The notes beneath the pieces are model-generated. The model was given only the letters and a program-made list of their open reading frames with translations, was not told where the DNA came from and ran no database searches. A stretch of DNA of 63,312 bases, counting the filler, from Collodictyon triciliatum (lineage: Eukaryota): the NCBI GenBank assembly GCA_043381765.1. It is 5 parts of 5 records of this genome, joined end to end, with 100 filler letters (N's around TTAATTAATTAA, not from the genome) between each part and the next. Parts side by side here need not be neighbours in the genome. Positions count along the whole stretch, not along the records: positions 15,411 to 28,151 come from JBHJMP010001691.1; positions 28,252 to 37,633 come from JBHJMP010001692.1; positions 37,734 to 60,446 come from JBHJMP010001695.1; 2 more parts are not named here. One strand, written 5' to 3'. Positions 24,969 through 37,856 of the stretch are shown in pieces. Position numbers and translations under genes: made by a program. Numbering within the stretch: the stretch's first letter is position 1; each line of letters begins with the position of its first letter.

Positions 24969-25776
24969 TGGGATGGCGCGTGGCTTCCCGGCCGCTGCTT
25001 CGCTGCTCAGCTCTGCTTTCATTATCTTTTCCTTTCTTTTTTAATTGAGGAGAATAAAGACACGACTTTGGTCTTGGAAAGCTGCTGGGTGAGATGGGGG
25101 TTTTGCCAAGTTATTTCATTGTGTTATGATTTATAAAAGACGAGGGGAAAAAAAGTGAGAAAAATAAGTTTGTCTGTGGGCCGATTTTTTTGAATGATGG
25201 GAGGTGGATTGAGAAATTAAGCAGGGTTTTGTTGAAGCACAGATAGCAAAGCCGAACCTGCCTCGGAATTGGACATCATACAGACTCTGTTAACCCCAAT
25301 TACGAAGCAGCTCGATTGTCGTGGGTTGGTGAGTTATATGAATCCATGGGAGAAAACGTAAAGTTCACGGGATGAATATGAATGGGCGTTTGTTTAAAAA
25401 AAAAAGCGATGGGCGGGAAAATTGAGTTCAGTCATGAATGTTGTCGATGATTCCAGGGAGAAAGCGGGGTGATGATTGTTCCTTCTTCGGGCTGCTGCTT
25501 TTTCTTCTATCTGATGTATGATTCAAAGCCCCTGCGGTTCCTTTTGTGATCTGCTCGTCTGTCAAGTTGTGGTTAGTGAGGGGCGCTCGTGTTATTTCTT
25601 ACGAAACGGTCGTTCTCGCATCAATTTATGCCGTTTTTGTTTCAGCTCAAGTTGAATATTTTGTGTGAATATTCGAAATAAGAGATTGGACACAAACCTG
25701 TTAGGAAAGAAGGGTGGAGTTGAACTGGAGTGCAAGAACAAGAGAAGCAGACGAGAATAAGGTCAGACCACAGCGC

Positions 25777-28120
25777 CTATTCCTCATCGCCAAGCATGTC
25801 ATACATGTTTTTGGAGCGGACATCCACCTTGACAACCTATCGACACGTGTCAAATTCAGCGACCATTTCTTTGCGTGAATAGAAGTAAAAATAGAAAGTG
25901 GCATGGAAAATGATTATCAAATGTAAGCCGCACCTCAAGCTTCTTCCCAGTGGGCTTCTTGGATGCAGCCTTTGGTGGTTGAGGCGACTCGAAGGAAGCA
26001 GATTTTGCGACCGCCGGCGCGGGCTTCTTTTCGGGTTGCTGGGTCTGTTTCTTGGTGAAGGGCTGTCTCGGCTTCAGTTCGGCCGCCTTCGGCTCCGGGG
26101 TTGCGCCGCGTGTCCACTCGCTGTCTGACGGGGCTCGGATAGCCGGGTTGAAGTCCGATGAGCGTTGCGCCGCGCTGGCTCCGGGATTTGCCTTCTGTGT
26201 CTTCCCCGAGGGCGAGGCGCTCTCTACAGCTACAGCGGGTGTCTGCTCGGCAACCGGAGAGGCGGCAGCTTCCGCAGAGGGCTCTACGGTCTCAGGGACA
26301 GTCTGGGCCGCACTCTCTTCAGCATTCTGGGCCGCCTGTGCAGCTCTCTCTGCGGCTTCCTGTTGTCTCTTCTTCTCCTCCTCCTCGTGTTTCTTGCGGA
26401 GATACTCAGACTCATCACGGGGCTTGGCACCTCCGAATGGGTCGGGCTTTGTAATCTTCAGCTTCTCCTCGGTCGGAGATGGTGTGTTGGTTGCAGAGGC
26501 TCCGCGGGGAAGGATTTTGATGCGGAGCTCCTCTGGTCGGGGCACAAGCACCTCGGGTTCGGCTAGGAATCGAATTGGAAGTAGAGAAGGACGAGAATGG
26601 TAGTGTGAGGAAAGCTGGTTTCTTGTTTGCATTCGCTTTTCTTAGATGATTGTATAATTGTTCAGGGTTACTGGCCTACCAGGTTCCTCGGGCTGCTGCT
26701 TTTGTTGGTGGGAGTGTGAATGGGAATGGGAATGGGAGTGGGGGTAGGATTGGTGGTGATGGTGTGATGAGTTGGACGAGCTTGAGGAGAAGAAGGAAGA
26801 CTGCTGGCCGTGTGGGCGCTCTTCACGAGGACCGCGTGATGGATTATCGAAGGGTGCTGGAAGAATGGCAGAAAATTTGATTAAAACAAAGTAATGCTTC
26901 ATTTATCGCCAATTAAGTAGTTTAGGTAACGAAATATGTTGTTATTATTTTCGGTTGGGGTTCGTCGGCGACTGAGTAAAGAGGTTACTTTTAGGAACGG
27001 AGAACTTGACCACGAATCCTTCCGAGAATTCCTGTATAAAGAAAAAAGTAGCAAAGTAAACGGTAAGTCGCCATTCGTGGAATTCAACCCCTGATCTCCT
27101 AGTAGTTGGGGTAATGGCTAAAAAAAAAATACAGCGAGAAGATATTGCTCTCACCCATTCTTTTAATTCCAGGGCCTTGTGGAAGTTTTGCTTGTCCTTC
27201 ATGTCCACATAGGCAGACATTGACTGATATCGCCCACGGTTGCCGGGCAGGCGTGGCTCACCAACGATCTGGGCATTTACATATCTTTAGCACACGAGGA
27301 AACGGCCATTACCATGAAATCAGCAAACTTGGTGGAAAAAGGATTGTGTATATGTAGGTGACCAGTGCATCGGGAAAGAAATGCAAAGAAATAACCGCAC
27401 CTCCAGATTGAACGTCTCCACGTACTTCCTGATCTGCTCGGCGGTTGCGGTGGACGGGAGATTGCTGATCTGAACCTCGAAGCCTGTCACAGAGCGGGAC
27501 TGAGAATCGCGTGACTGTGACTGCTGTGGCTGCTGGTCTCTGCGATCGGAAGGCTTTCCACCCTGACGACCGTGGAAGTTTTTGCGGTCGCCAGCAGGTT
27601 TGCGGCCGCTTCCCTGTCTCCCGTCACGACCATAGATTTCGAAGCCTAAGACCAAGAAATGAGTGTGTGTGTGTGTGTGACAGTTAGTAGCAGAACCTCG
27701 CAAAATATTTATGAATCAAAAAGGCTGGAGCAGAATAGTAAACCGGAGCTCTCTTTATGTATGAATATGGGGATTCAAGGGGACTAGAGATGGCTAGGCT
27801 AGTGTCTGAGTTGCGGAGAATACGAGTTGCAGAAACTTCAGGGAGGAATCATGTTTGCCCCTTGGGGGAACATGGGAAGTGGACACAAAGAAAAATGGGA
27901 AGTACTTGTGGTCTCTGTGCTGTGTGAAGAAACTTGCGGGACGTATTCTTCAGGCTCGGGCAAAGGCTCCTGCTCTGTATTTGGACGGCGTTAGTGTGCG
28001 TCTGAGTCTCTGGTTTCTATGCCTGTTGAACAAACCAGCCAGGGCAGCCCAGTCCTCCTTGGGGGCCTTTCCAGTAAAGGCGTCACGGTTAATACGGTCT
28101 TTCTTGGAGGTGCGTTCTGT
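25777..28120 (-). CDS. eIF4B/eIF4H-like RRM translation factor, 5' end lost in the spacer
   Basis: N-terminal EDWAALA. RRM with FEVQISNLPSTAT and SAYVDMKDKQNFHKALEL. Family-like IKILPR and KPDPFGGAKPRD. C-terminal KNMYDMLGDEE*. Confidence 0.75.
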
Positions 28121-28151
28121 GTGAGGTTGCGATGGGGGGAAAATTGCGTTA

Positions 28152-28251
28152 NNNNNNNNNNNNNNNNNNNNNNNNNNNNNNNNNNNNNNNNNNNNTTAAT
28201 TAATTAANNNNNNNNNNNNNNNNNNNNNNNNNNNNNNNNNNNNNNNNNNNN
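28152..28251. other. Artificial assembly spacer
   Basis: 44 N + TTAATTAATTAA + 44 N. Confidence 0.97.
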
Positions 28252-30657
28252 CCTGAAGGACTCTGACTTTGACGCAAAGCCCATGGTATGTCTCTCATTG
28301 CTTGCTTCACTCGTGAAGGTGTATTATGTTCGTTTGCTGGAAATATAATGCCGAATGTAGCCTAGTTTTTTTTTTAATATCAAGACCCGTTTTTCTTTTC
28401 TTCTTTTTCTATTTCTTTTCTTTCTTTTCTTTTCTTTTCTTTTTCCTTTTCTTTTTCCTTTTCTTTTTCCTTTTCTTTTTCCTTTTCTTTTAAATTCATT
28501 TTATTTTCTTTTATTTTCTTTTCTTTTTCTTTTCTTTTTTTCTTTTCTTTTTTCTTTTCTTTTTCTTTTCTTTTTTCTTTTTTCTTTTTCTTTTTTCTTT
28601 TTTTCTTGATTTTTCTGTTCGAATCGTGAAGGTGTTGCTCCTCGGGCAATACTCTGTTGGAAAGACCTCGTTTATCCGATACTGCATCGAACGGTGAGTG
28701 ACGGCCTACGGATAACGCAAATACTATATTGCATTCCTTTTACATTCCGACACACTCTTTCCAAAGTGACTTCCCTGGAATCCGCATCGGCCCGGAGCCC
28801 ACCACCGACCGATTCATTGCTGTTATGCACGGCCCTGAAGAGATGAACATCCCCGGAAACGCATTGTCGATCCAACAAGACAAGCCTTTCACAGGACTCA
28901 GCAAGTTCGGCTCAGGTAGCTCGTTGTATTTTTTAGAGCTAATAGGGTATAATGTTCAATTCAAGTGCAATCCTCTTGATTGTTATTTTTTATTTTGGGA
29001 AAGATTACGTACCAACCATCCATCCTGACATCATCTATACAGCTTTTCTCTCTCGCCTGGAAGCGGCAGAATGTCCAGCACCTATGCTTGAGCGAATCAC
29101 ATTTGTTGATACCCCCGGTGTGTTATCTGGTGAGAAGCAGCGCATAGGGAGGAACTATGAGTTTTCCAATGTCGTGGGTTGGTTTGCAGAGGTTAATATA
29201 TATGCTATTTTTTCACAATCCTTTTTTAATAAAAAAAAAAAACCACTCGAAACATCATCACCACTCTGTCATAATATGAAACAGAAAGATAAAAGTTATT
29301 AATATTAGCGTGCTGATCTGATTCTGTTGTTGTTTGATGCCCACAAACTTGATATTTCTGATGAGTTCAAAGATGTCATTGAGTGCCTCAGAGGTAACTA
29401 ATAGAACCGGGACCGTCTTAGTATACATTATTTTCTATAATTTTTCTTACTTTCTTGGTAATTTTCAAATTAAAGATATTCAAAAAAATTAAGGACACGA
29501 TGACAAAATCCGTGTGGTTCTGAACAAGGCCGACATGGTCACCACCCAGCAACTGATGAGAGTGTAAATATAATTTTTGTACCTTAAAAAAAAATAGCAG
29601 TGGTGTTATTATTACTTTTGACAACAAAAGTTTTCTCTTACAAAAAAAAAACCCTTCGAAATCATCGATTTTTTTATGAAAGTTATGGCGCATTGATGTG
29701 GTCCCTTGGGAAAGTCATCCGGAGTCCGGAGGTCGTCCGAGTGTACATCGGAAGCTTCTGGGACCAACCACTCCATTATGAGGACAACAAGGTTAGAGGT
29801 CACTTCTGAAAGATGATATCTCGTCACTGGATTTATCAAAATGTCAGGAAGGCCTTACTATTTTAATTTGAAGGCTCTCTTTGAAGCAGAGGAGAACGAC
29901 TTGTTCAAGGATTTAAGAAGTCTCCCTCGATTTGCGGCTATGCGAAAAGTTGGTCTTAAAATACACATTAGTCCGAAAATAATTGTAATTATCAAGAGAT
30001 GAAGATCTGGTTATAGTTTTATTGGCTGTTGAGATGATCTCCAATTGGCTTTGAAAATACACTATTCATTTTGTCATCCTTTTTCTTCATATCTTCGTGT
30101 ACTAGCTAAACGAACTTGTGAAACGAGCAAGAATGGTCAAGCTGCATGCTTATATCATGAACAGTTTGCGTGAGCAAATGCCCAGTCTCCTCGGTAAGAA
30201 GAAGAAGCAAACACGGTTGATGGAGAATTTGGACGAAGAGTTTGATAAAGTTGTGCAGGTTCTTTTTTTTTTCTTTTTTCTTTATTTAGATTTCAATTCA
30301 ACAGTTTATTGAGGAAGAGAAAAGGTTGTGCAGGTTCTAGTTGATATTATTTTTGATCGGTTTGTTCTTCTTGAAACCATCTCAGTAAATATTCTTGTAA
30401 TTATCTCTTTTTTTTTAAAACCCCCTCTTGAAATTGCCTTTTATTTAAGTTGTCGAAAATTCCCCGGTCAGACTTCCCCAGCATTGAAAAGTTCAAAGAG
30501 GTTATGGCCAACCTCGACCTGTCCAAGTTTCCCAAACTAAACCCCAAGCTGGTTGAGGCTATGGACATGGCTTTGGCGTCCGATATCCCGAAACTCATGA
30601 AGCAACTTGCCCCAGATGCATGTTTGCCGTTGTTTTCTTTATCTTCATTTGCGCGCC

Positions 30658-30690
<33 letters not shown>

Positions 30691-31369
30691 GATGTGTTAC
30701 CTGTGGTGATAATCCTGGAGAGGATGTTGATATCGCGAACCCTCAACAAAAGTATGCAAAACAAATAGCATCCAGTAAGGTGGAGAGCCTGAACCCTTTC
30801 GCCGACACAAATCCGATGAACTGGGTTGTCACAGACGAGATGCAGGATGCCTTCCGTCAAAAGTTTGATGCGTTGAACCCTACAAACGGAAAACTAAGCG
30901 GTGCGCAGGTTTGTGCTGCAAGATACCAAGCCACTCATTTCTCTTTGTTCACATTGTTATCGTTTTGATTTCCTGCCTTTAAGCAATTGGATATATGGGC
31001 GAGTCAGTGAGTGAATCGGTGAGAGGTTGCTTGGTTAGGTTAATGATTTAAAAGTATCCAAAAAAAAAAAGTAAAGAAAAAAAAGAGCTGAATATTTGAA
31101 CAAGACTCTAAGATTTCTTTCTCTCTTTTACCATTTGTGTGGCTCTCTTTCCCCAGGCAAAGAGTGTGATGGTAGAGTCTGGACTCAGCACGGAGACCCT
31201 TCGGGATATCTGGTCGCGAAGTGATTTGGACAAGGACGGAAGCCTGGACATTTGGGAGTTTTGCCTTGCCATGCACTTCATCGGTGAAAAGAAGCGTTCG
31301 CCTGAATATGTGATTCCCAATCCTTTGCCGACAGAGCTCGTGCCCCCGGCAAAACGCATCTTTGACTAA
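28252..31369 (+). CDS. EHD1: EH-domain-containing dynamin-like ATPase (EHD/RME-1 family), 5'-truncated
   Basis: [63 protein letters not shown] and [23 protein letters not shown]. The C-terminal EH domain reads [23 protein letters not shown]. Confidence 0.96.
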
Positions 31370-31663
31370 ATGAAGTCACTTGATAAGAAGTGAAAAAGGA
31401 GGGAAAAACTACTTGGAGGGGAGGAATTGATTCAGAAAATCGAGCAATTGTTCGACTTTGGTGATAAAAAGAAAGAGAAGCTTCGTCTCCTCTATAAGCT
31501 ACGTGGTAATAGACGGTCGTGGAGTTTTCTATTATGAGTGACCATTGTTGGTTTCCCTCAATGGATTCGATATGATGACTTGTGTAGGGCATTTCACGCG
31601 TTTAGAATGTGATTGGATGTTTTTTTCTTATTCCTTCCATTCGCCAGATACTCATGTGTGGCG

Positions 31664-33270
31664 TTAGATTAGCTCCACTTTATTTTCCAATAATAAGCCC
31701 ATCATAGGCTGGTAGCGCATAAGATACAAATCTCCTTTCGAGAGCTCAAGCGCGTCGTCCTGGTCGTCTGCAGGGGTGAACACTCCGATTTCCTCGGTCA
31801 CTCGAACAAATACATGTGTGTTGTAGTTTGGTTTCGGTACTGGAAGTAGAAGACAAAAAAAAATCATAATCAGCATGACATCATATATATTGAGCCCTAA
31901 ACGAAGGAAGTCACGAATGTGAAATCTAATTAGGGAGCTCTTTTTCTTTCTTTCTTTCTTTCTTCCATTCTGATATATAAAAAAATAATAAAATCATATG
32001 AATGTGTACCCATGTCTTCTTGCCGGTCTTGAACAGTAAGGCTTCTAAGATTTTCTGGAATATAACTCAAGAATGACCTGTTCAGTCCTTCCTCGATAAT
32101 TTCTCTATATCTATTGAATTTTGTCAAAGTTACGAAGGGAACCTCAGAACCACCTTGTGCCATTGAATAAACAGCACGAAGATAAAATTAAAACCACTGA
32201 GCAAATTTTGTCGTTCATTATTTAAAATATAAATGACTAGTCTTTGAATATAGATTCAATAAAAATAAAATAAAATAAACATGTTTCGGTGGGGTTAAAC
32301 TTCTGCGAATCATTACTTGGAGACGAATTCAAGCTCTTGCGCGGACAACCGGCCCATAAGGTCTCGGCTGGATAGGATGTGAGTGTTGAATTCCTGAATC
32401 TATAGCATTTAATTTGCTTTGTTATTTAGATTCCTCATATCAGTTTAAACTACTTAACCCGATGGGAATATGTGTGAATACAAAATGATTTAAAGAAGAA
32501 AGGGAAATCAATAATATTGTCGTGATTTTCATATATATATACATGACAACAAAACGATTATTAAAAAAAAAATGATAATAAAAAATAGCAAAGATAGATT
32601 TTTTTGTTATTAAGATAAAATGATAGACAGAGTTCTCTGAAGTAACGCATGTAATCTCCATTTCATAATAATCGAAGATGCAGTATTCAAGGAAAACAAA
32701 TATGCGCGTGCGAAGACTTTTTCTTTTCTTTTTCTTTTTTTACTTTTTCCAGCCGTGTGCGCAAGTATGATCGGATCATGAAGCGGATCCTCTCCACCTC
32801 CATCCTGTACAGAGAAGCCATCAAGGCATCTGACGGGTTTCCCACACCAAGCGTGTTGTCTTCCTTTTTTTTTTTTTTTTTTTTTTTTTTTGAACAAAAA
32901 AAAAAAGATTTAATAGGGAATGGACAATAAGAGTTGTGCATGAGGGCATATATGAAAAGCTGTGCGTCATACACTTTGTGGCACAATGACGACGATTGTA
33001 GCAGCCCAACAAAAAGATTATCACTTATCCCTCACAGCTAAAAGGAAACCATCTGTTTTGTGTAATTCGATAAGAAAGGCACTTTTTGCAGCCACCCCCC
33101 ACCTGGTTTTCCAGTTGCTCAAGCATGTTTTGGACGAGCGTCTCCTGAAAGGGAAGAAGCTCGGGAGAAGATCGCTCGTTGATCCACGCCTGCCGCAAAC
33201 TGCGGACATCCTCGCTCATATACGACACCGAATTGACGCCGCCTTCGTCAGTCGTATTGTCGTCTCCCAT
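31664..33270 (-). CDS. SLD5: DNA replication GINS complex subunit Sld5 (GINS4)
   Basis: LRQAWINERSSPELLPF, MEVERIRFMIRSYLRTRLEKI, RLSAQELEF and PNYNTHVFVRV..KGDLYLMRY..VELI*. Confidence 0.95.
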
Positions 33271-33288
33271 TCTGCGTGTGTGTGTTGG

Positions 33289-33345
<57 letters not shown>

Positions 33346-33429
33346 TTTTTTTTTTGAGTGTGCTTNNNNNNNNNNCAAACTGCTTTTTCAAAAAACAAAG
33401 ATCTTTTAGCCTTATTCGCCCAGAATTAA

Positions 33430-35900
33430 TTATGCGGTTTATACAGAGCAGCACTATTCCCGAAGGCGTTGTCTGTCGTTGTTGTTTGCTTGGTCTGCTG
33501 GTGCTTCCGCAATGTTGCGTCAGAATGCTCTATGATTTGATACTTCACTTTATTCAAGTTGAACTTCAAGAACACTAGACGAGCTGTTCAGGAAGCTGTA
33601 TTGCACGAGGTTTTCCAGCCTGGATACATTGATTTCTCGTCCGGGTGAATCATTGGAGCGAGAGAATGCACGCACACTCCATAGGGACCACAGCATATGT
33701 CCCCTTGTGACTGTCCAGAGTATTCTAGAGTCGTGGGTCATTTGGTATTGTGGGCCAAACAGGATGTCAGACGCACTGAGTCGGTTGGGAGCATAATCAA
33801 GCTCAGAGAGCATCTTGTGGGTAGACTCTGTCACTTTTTGAGCCAGGGACCACTTCAAAAATGTGTGTTCGATAGAGTCATCTCCACTATGGCACATGGT
33901 GCATTCTGGGGAGGTCGTTGCTGCATGAACTACACGCGCACCTATCCACAGCTATCTGTTGGATATATTGAGAAGTAGGGCGCGGTGTTTCGGGAGTAGC
34001 TGAGGTATACGGGCTTGCTTCCAGCTTTTGACTATCGGCGGGTCTATAATCCCTATGGTTTCGGCCCAACGATTCATTTTCTCCGGTTTGTAGGGATTCG
34101 GACTGATGATTTTATATCGAAACAGCTTGGAGTACGCCATGGCCATCGAGAATTGCGGAGAGTCAGGTGTAATGGATCGCCTTTGGTTCTTCAGGCGAAA
34201 GAAAAATGGCGACGGCGCTCAGTATGAGATGGGGCGTCGTGAGTGCCATTCTCCTTTGTTGTTCAGGGCGGCTGTGGTTGGGGTTGCAGTCGTAGAGTGG
34301 AATATCGATGCATGAGTACCAGGTGTGAAGCTCCCGTCCTTTTGGAAAGTGACTTGTTGAAGGAAGAAGGAGCTGTTTCGACAGCCATTTTATCCCCATA
34401 AACAGCGCTTGAAGAGTCATTGTCGTTCCCGAAGCTTCAAGGTGTTCACTTTCTTCTTCAGCAGAACCTTCTATGACGACGACAGGTTGGATGGACTATC
34501 CTTCTTGCAATCCCGAGTCTGGAACGTCGTTTGTTATGGATTGCGCAGTGTTTGATGAAGGAGTCTATTGAGTAGTTCCAGGAGCCATGCCGTCTAAACT
34601 GGATGATGGCTGTAGTTTACTGGGTGCCATTATGCTGTTTCCCGATTCTGTTACCAAGTTGGCTTGGAATTCCCTTTCCTTGGCATTCTCTCCACGATTT
34701 GAAGGTGAGTTTAGTAAGATATCATCGGCTTGGGGAAGTTGGCAATCTTGGAGACTAACAATGTTTCCTCCACTTCTTCGAAAGTACGATTCCATTACTT
34801 ATATCATTTCCTCCGTGTTCATTGGCGAACTTGATGAGGCACTTTCGGGCAAATCGCCTGGTGTTTCGTCCATCATTTTGATGTCCATTTCCTGATTCTT
34901 GAGACAGTCCATTATCATTTGTCTTGATTGAGACTTCGAGCACTTCATCCGCGGGTGTCTTGCCACGGTTTCTTCCTCTGACATTAGAAGACGAAAGCCT
35001 TGCTTTTGGCCTTGTTTATGGGCTCTGGACTTGTTTTGCACAGACGATTCCTGCACGGTTGGCCAGTCTTTAGCGAAGAAGTCGGCTACTTTTGCGTTGT
35101 GGCCCGAGAAGCGAGTGGTGGTGTTTTGTTTGTTGGTGGCCGCTTGTTTGGTGGTGATCGGCTTGGCAGTAGCTGTTTTTTTGTGGTTTGTGGTTTGACC
35201 TTTTGTGTCATTCCCTTCTTTGTTGGGGAGAGTTGATGGGATGTCAGACTCTTTGAGAGCGCGTATCTCCACACGACAGCATCTATCATGAATGACGACA
35301 AAGGTAGGGTTTTCCATTTTTTTTCTTGTTCTTCGTCAAAAGTAACGAGTGCATCATTCATGCATATTCCTCCAGGATTTGTCCAGTTGACTTTGATTGG
35401 GGTGGAGCATTCGCTGCAGGCCTTAAAAATATCTGTCCAGTGACCCAGTGGTATGTTGGACAGGTGCGCAACATTTGTGACAGTTTTTGCTGGCATGGGA
35501 GTGTATTGGTGGTTGAGGAGACGGAAAGACCCCTCTATAATGAAGGCAGCTACGTTTTCTTTTCTTGGGAAGCGCGATTCTGAGTCCGAGGGCAAGGTTG
35601 TCCACCATTAGAGTCACGTCTTTTTCGTAGCACTTTCGGGCTTCCATAACCTCCCGCAGTTGCTTGCACATGTTACTACGGTTTGCGAAAGAGAGGACGG
35701 GCCATTGCTTGCCCCGAAGGCGGACAAAGCAGTCTTCGTCTTTGAAGAGTTCGTTCTCAATCACACATTTTAGTCGTAGTACGTCAGCCACAAAGGATCG
35801 ATCGGGAGGTTCCGTTTCCCGATGCAAGCTCGACCGCGCACGAGGCTGACTTTCGCCAGCCTCGCGCCTGGTCTCACTGAAGTCCATCGTTGCCTGCATC
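33430..35900 (-). mobile_element. Degenerate, internally deleted non-LTR retrotransposon (LINE, L1/Tx1-like): ORF1-like region plus post-RT/zf-RVT end of ORF2
   Basis: About 2.4 kb, intron-free and more GC-rich than its flanks, with frameshifts and in-frame stops. C-terminal ECTMCHSGDDSIEHTFLK and LWSLWSVR resemble the LINE zf-RVT region. No endonuclease or YxDD RT motif is visible. Ends are approximate. Confidence 0.7.
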
Positions 35901-36988
35901 TAACAATTGAGTGACCCTTTGGAAGTGAACCTGTGTTTTTTTTGCCTTGTAACGACTCAGCCTCGTTTCTCACAACCTGCAAACTGTAAAAGAATAACAG
36001 CAACATTAGGTCATCTGCGCTTGCACATCTCAGCAATTTTTAAAAAAAAAACATAAATTTTCCACAACTAGTGAAAAGACTCTCCAAATGGCATAATTCA
36101 AATGTGGAAATTATAATTGAAACTATATTATAGTATATATAAGCATCATAAACGTTTCAAAATTCCATATTATTGTATTGAGTATATATTGAGATTGTTC
36201 ATGTATTCCGATTTCAAGGCCTTATTCTGGAATGACTCGGGCTAGTTTAGCGGAGTTTGCTACTGTCCGCTACAGCTTAACGCATGATGACGAAAATCAA
36301 AAAAAAATTAATCAAGAATCAATCGGGGCCAAATCGTGATTCATCTTGTCCAAGACACGGCCTTCTGTCGAGCGGCTCCTGTGTTGGAAAGCCCGCAAAG
36401 CACTTCCCGTTCGCAATCCATTTATTGCAACGTCGGAACGGCCAGGCTGAGCCCGCTCTGTTTGAAACTGTTGCAATTGTGACTCGGAGACGTTGAGACA
36501 GCACTGTTTCCCAGCCAGGATTGTTTTGAACTCAAATACCACCCGTGGGCTTTTGTATCTGGTGGCCAAAACCTTTTTTTTTTGTTTGTTAGTATTATTA
36601 TTTTTATGAGTTCCTTCTGCGCCCTGTCTGTCGAGCTCTGTTCGAGTGGTGTCAAGCTACGAACAAAAGCGAAGAAATTGGCCATTTTTTTCATCTTTTC
36701 TTTTTTTTTCTTTCGTCACAGAGCCTTTTGCTGTGATCGTTATGCGCGGGTGGTTCTCCTCCCAAGCGTAATTTCTTCCTCATCCTCTTTACTTTGCAAT
36801 AAATGCACGCTCTTGTTAACAGAACCAAAGCACCGACTCTTCAACATATGAACATCAACAGAAAACAAGGAACACCAGTTCCGTAATACTTGCTCTTTGC
36901 CTGGCTGGCACTATGGCATCTTTCCTCTTCTATTCGATCACTCACAACACCGCCACAAACGCTCTAAAACAATACCTTTTTCCAAGGA

Positions 36989-37456
36989 ATGGCCTCCATT
37001 TTTCGCGGCACCCGCGCCATCGTCCCCAAGGTGTGTCCCTCTTCTCGCTGTGCATTTCGCACCATTTGCGAGATCTGCCGCTTTTTCTCTTGTGTGTGCG
37101 CATATATCTTTATTTTTTTTCCGTCTCTCACTTTCACTCACTCCACCAAAGATGGCCAAACTGATGTCTTCGTCGAGCCAAATCAGGACCCCTGTCACCC
37201 AAGTCACCAGGTATGTCAGCTTTACAGGCAGACACGAATTCCTTTTTTTTTCTTTCTTTGGCCGCAACAGAAAAACAGATAAGTAGTAACCGAAACGAAA
37301 CCAATTCCGACCAGACTCAGCAATGGCCTCCGCGTGGCCACAGAGGAAGGAAACTCGGAGACCTCGACTGTTGGCCTTTACATCGACTGCGGTTCCCGCT
37401 TTGAAAACGACAAAAACAACGGCGTTGCTCATTTCCTGGAGCACATGTTCTTTAAG
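36989..37456 (+). CDS. PMPCB: Mitochondrial processing peptidase beta / M16 core protein, first three exons only (3'-truncated by the spacer)
   Basis: Presequence-like [14 protein letters not shown], then [42 protein letters not shown] with the HxxEH zinc motif. Confidence 0.88.
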
Positions 37457-37503
37457 GTACGCCTAGAGCGCAAAATTCGCATTTACTTAGATTGATTATG
37501 TCT

Positions 37504-37633
37504 GTATGTATGTCTGTATGTATGTATGTATGTATGTATGTATGTATGTATGTATGTATGTATGTATGTATGTATGTATGTATGTATGTATGTATGTATG
37601 TATGTATGTATGTATGTATGTATGTATGTATGT
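37504..37633. repeat. (TATG)n microsatellite at a contig end
   Basis: About 30 units. Confidence 0.95.
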
Positions 37634-37733
37634 NNNNNNNNNNNNNNNNNNNNNNNNNNNNNNNNNNNNNNNNNNNNTTAATTAATTAANNNNNNNNNNN
37701 NNNNNNNNNNNNNNNNNNNNNNNNNNNNNNNNN
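37634..37733. other. Artificial assembly spacer
   Basis: 44 N + TTAATTAATTAA + 44 N. Confidence 0.97.
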
Positions 37734-37856
37734 AAAAAAAAAAAAAAAAAAAAAAAAAAAGGAGCCTGAAAGTAAAAGCAAAGCAAACGCCAACACAAAA
37801 ACACAACTAGACCGACGTTTCATAACGATTCTCTGCGTGCTGCCTACTCAGAGTTT

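Noticed and set aside
33550-35317. In-frame stops as a sign of an alternative genetic code
   Set aside because: Intact genes in the window terminate with TAA, TAG and TGA normally; these stops accompany frameshifts in a decayed element.
36284-36851. Cluster of short overlapping ORFs upstream of MPP-beta
   Set aside because: No recognisable motif or consistent splice pattern; left unannotated.
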